25,095 nt of DNA from IMG/VR virus record IMGVR_UViG_3300036398_005010. One strand, given 5' to 3'. Both the position numbers and the translations under genes were made by a program. Of the stretch, positions 23,692 through 25,095 are shown one piece after another. The notes under the pieces are model-generated. The model worked only from the letters and a program-made list of their open reading frames with translations. It was not told where the DNA came from and did not search any database. Position 1 is the first letter of the stretch; each line of letters opens with the position of its first letter. Source of the DNA: an uncultured virus (IMG/VR IMGVR_UViG_3300036398_005010) (Duplodnaviria; Heunggongvirae; Uroviricota; Caudoviricetes).

Positions 23692-24356
23692 CGGCTCGGA
23701 GCTTCGTGCTGTTCGACCAACAGACCGGGGCGGTCCGGGATTACCCGAGGGTGGACGACGACCCAGTGCAGGGCCTCGACCCGCGCTACGCAGTTCTCCG
23801 GGTGGTGCGCGAGCCCGCCCCCGAAGTTCTCCCCGGCCAGCAGGCCAGCCAGACCCGCACGGTGGACCTGGAGGCCGGCGAATGGCGCTGGGGCTGGAGC
23901 GTTGTGGATCTGCCGGAGCCCGCGCCGCCTGCCGACTGGCGCACGTTTAAGCGGACGCTGTTGAGCCACCCCGCGATCAATGCCCTGCTGGGCGGCGGGG
24001 TGAGCACAGCCCCGGCTGCAGCGCTCAGCCTGCCTGCCACCCTGCTGGCTGCTGCTGGTGGCGGGGATGTGGACGATTTCCGGGCTGCCTGGCTTGGCCT
24101 CCGCCGGCTGGGGCTGGTGTCTGCCGAGCTGCTGCAGGAGGTTCGCGGGCTGGCGATTGCCCTCCACCTGCCCGATGGATTCGTGGCGGCACTGGGCGGC
24201 TCCCTGCGGCCTGCTGCCGCGAGCGTGGGTCAGGAGTGGGTGGACGCTGCCGGGGATCTTTGGGTGGTGGTTCAAGCTCGCGGCGAGGATGGCCAGTTCG
24301 CCTCCGATGACCCGGCGACCCCTAGCCAGGAATCGCTGATCTGGGAGAGGGTCTGA
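23688..24356 (+). CDS. Fibre-associated hypothetical protein (222 aa; start ATG 23688)
   Basis: ATGA overlap with the previous stop and a GGAGG RBS. Confidence 0.75.
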   Translation: MTARSFVLFDQQTGAVRDYPRVDDDPVQGLDPRYAVLRVVREPAPEVLPGQQASQTRTVDLEAGEWRWGWSVVDLPEPAPPADWRTFKRTLLSHPAINALLGGGVSTAPAAALSLPATLLAAAGGGDVDDFRAAWLGLRRLGLVSAELLQEVRGLAIALHLPDGFVAALGGSLRPAAASVGQEWVDAAGDLWVVVQARGEDGQFASDDPATPSQESLIWERV

Positions 24357-25095
24357 TGGCAATCATCTGGGTTGGGACGGGGAGGTTCAACGCCTACATC
24401 GGCCCTGTTCAGGATTACATCGACCGGGTGGTGGCTGCTGATGTAGCAGCGGGCAACACGCTGGGCCTAGAGGTTGGCGTGCGTGACGCCTACGACGTGT
24501 TCATCCGCGACTCAATCAACGTCGGCGACCTGGGCACCAGCGGCGGCGTGCTGAGCCAAGCCAACAGCATCATCAAGGCCGCGCCGATCATGGCCGGAGC
24601 CTGCACACTGGCCGGTGCGCTGGTGCCGTTGGTGGGGGCGGCGCCGACTCGGTTCGGCACTGAAGGCGGGTGGAATTACAACCGCAAGACGGGGCTGCAG
24701 GGGAATGGGACAAATAACTACATCAATAGTGGGCGCAATAACTATGCTGATCCACAAAACAGCAAACACGTTGCCGTGCGTGTCAGCACGATTGGCGCCG
24801 GCAGTATTTTTAACTCTGGTCCAGGCGGCACTGCTGGAAGAGCAGGTTTGACGGCTGATGGCTTTGCCAGTTGCAATAACGATGTGGGAACTTTTAATTC
24901 AGTACCCTTACCTGTTGTTGGCCTTATAGGGGTTTCTAGATCCAGTTCGATTAACTACACTTACAGAGCAAACTTGTCTAATACTACGGTATTAGCTAAT
25001 TCCGGCGCTCCTAATAACAGCAACATTCTATTTTATGCTCGACCAGGGACACCACCCGATTCTTACGCCACATCACGCCTAGCCTTCTACTCCAT
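24356..25095 (+). CDS. Putative receptor-binding/fibre tip protein, 3'-truncated and absent from the ORF track
   Basis: TGATG coupling; open to the window end: MAIIWVGTGRF...YIDRVVAAD...IKAAPIMAGA.TLAGALVPLVG.APT...YNRKTGLQGNGTNNYINSGRNN.ADPQNSKH...SRLAFYS, a cyanophage-type fibre family recognised from memory. Confidence 0.85.
   Translation, partial: MAIIWVGTGRFNAYIGPVQDYIDRVVAADVAAGNTLGLEVGVRDAYDVFIRDSINVGDLGTSGGVLSQANSIIKAAPIMAGACTLAGALVPLVGAAPTRFGTEGGWNYNRKTGLQGNGTNNYINSGRNNYADPQNSKHVAVRVSTIGAGSIFNSGPGGTAGRAGLTADGFASCNNDVGTFNSVPLPVVGLIGVSRSSSINYTYRANLSNTTVLANSGAPNNSNILFYARPGTPPDSYATSRLAFYS

Larger units (their letters stand above)
1..25095. mobile_element. Segment of a temperate tailed phage genome, probably a cyanophage, in non-integrated (attP-intact) configuration
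   Basis: Terminase, portal, capsid, endolysin, fibre genes and a tyrosine integrase are present. No host housekeeping genes are seen. Phage genes lie on both sides of the tRNA-derived att core. Confidence 0.93.

Noticed and set aside
8293..25095. Diversity-generating retroelement
   Set aside because: No reverse transcriptase and no template/variable repeat pair is visible in this window; only the low-GC blocks are reported.

Overview
A 25 kb, GC-rich (roughly two-thirds G+C) piece of a temperate tailed phage (Caudoviricetes). The host is most likely a GC-rich picocyanobacterium of the Cyanobium/Synechococcus type; this is inferred from the tRNA-Thr fragment, the cyanophage-type proteins and the TAN3T -10 boxes. 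Left to right: the 3' part of an intein-containing large terminase; portal; a scaffold-like gene overprinted on the portal 3' end; three small genes; a GH24 + C39-like endolysin; a minus-strand tail/fibre cluster; two tandem degenerate LAGLIDADG genes divergent from the major capsid gene; a capsid-associated gene followed by a terminator; HhH, adaptor-like, low-complexity and SWIM-finger genes; three small accessory genes; an intact attP (3' half of tRNA-Thr(GGT)) beside a tyrosine integrase; and a second fibre cluster running off the right edge. The main leads are: the catalytically eroded LAGLIDADG pair sharing an overlapping divergent -10 with the capsid gene; a recurring (C/G)CTAGnnT promoter-like box before many virion genes; a Cys-Asn-terminated intein in the terminase P-loop; a 452-nt portal/scaffold overlap; a phycobiliprotein-like helical domain inside a tail protein; and sharply bounded low-GC cassettes in two receptor-binding-type genes. 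All family calls come from motif recognition by eye, and no searches were run.
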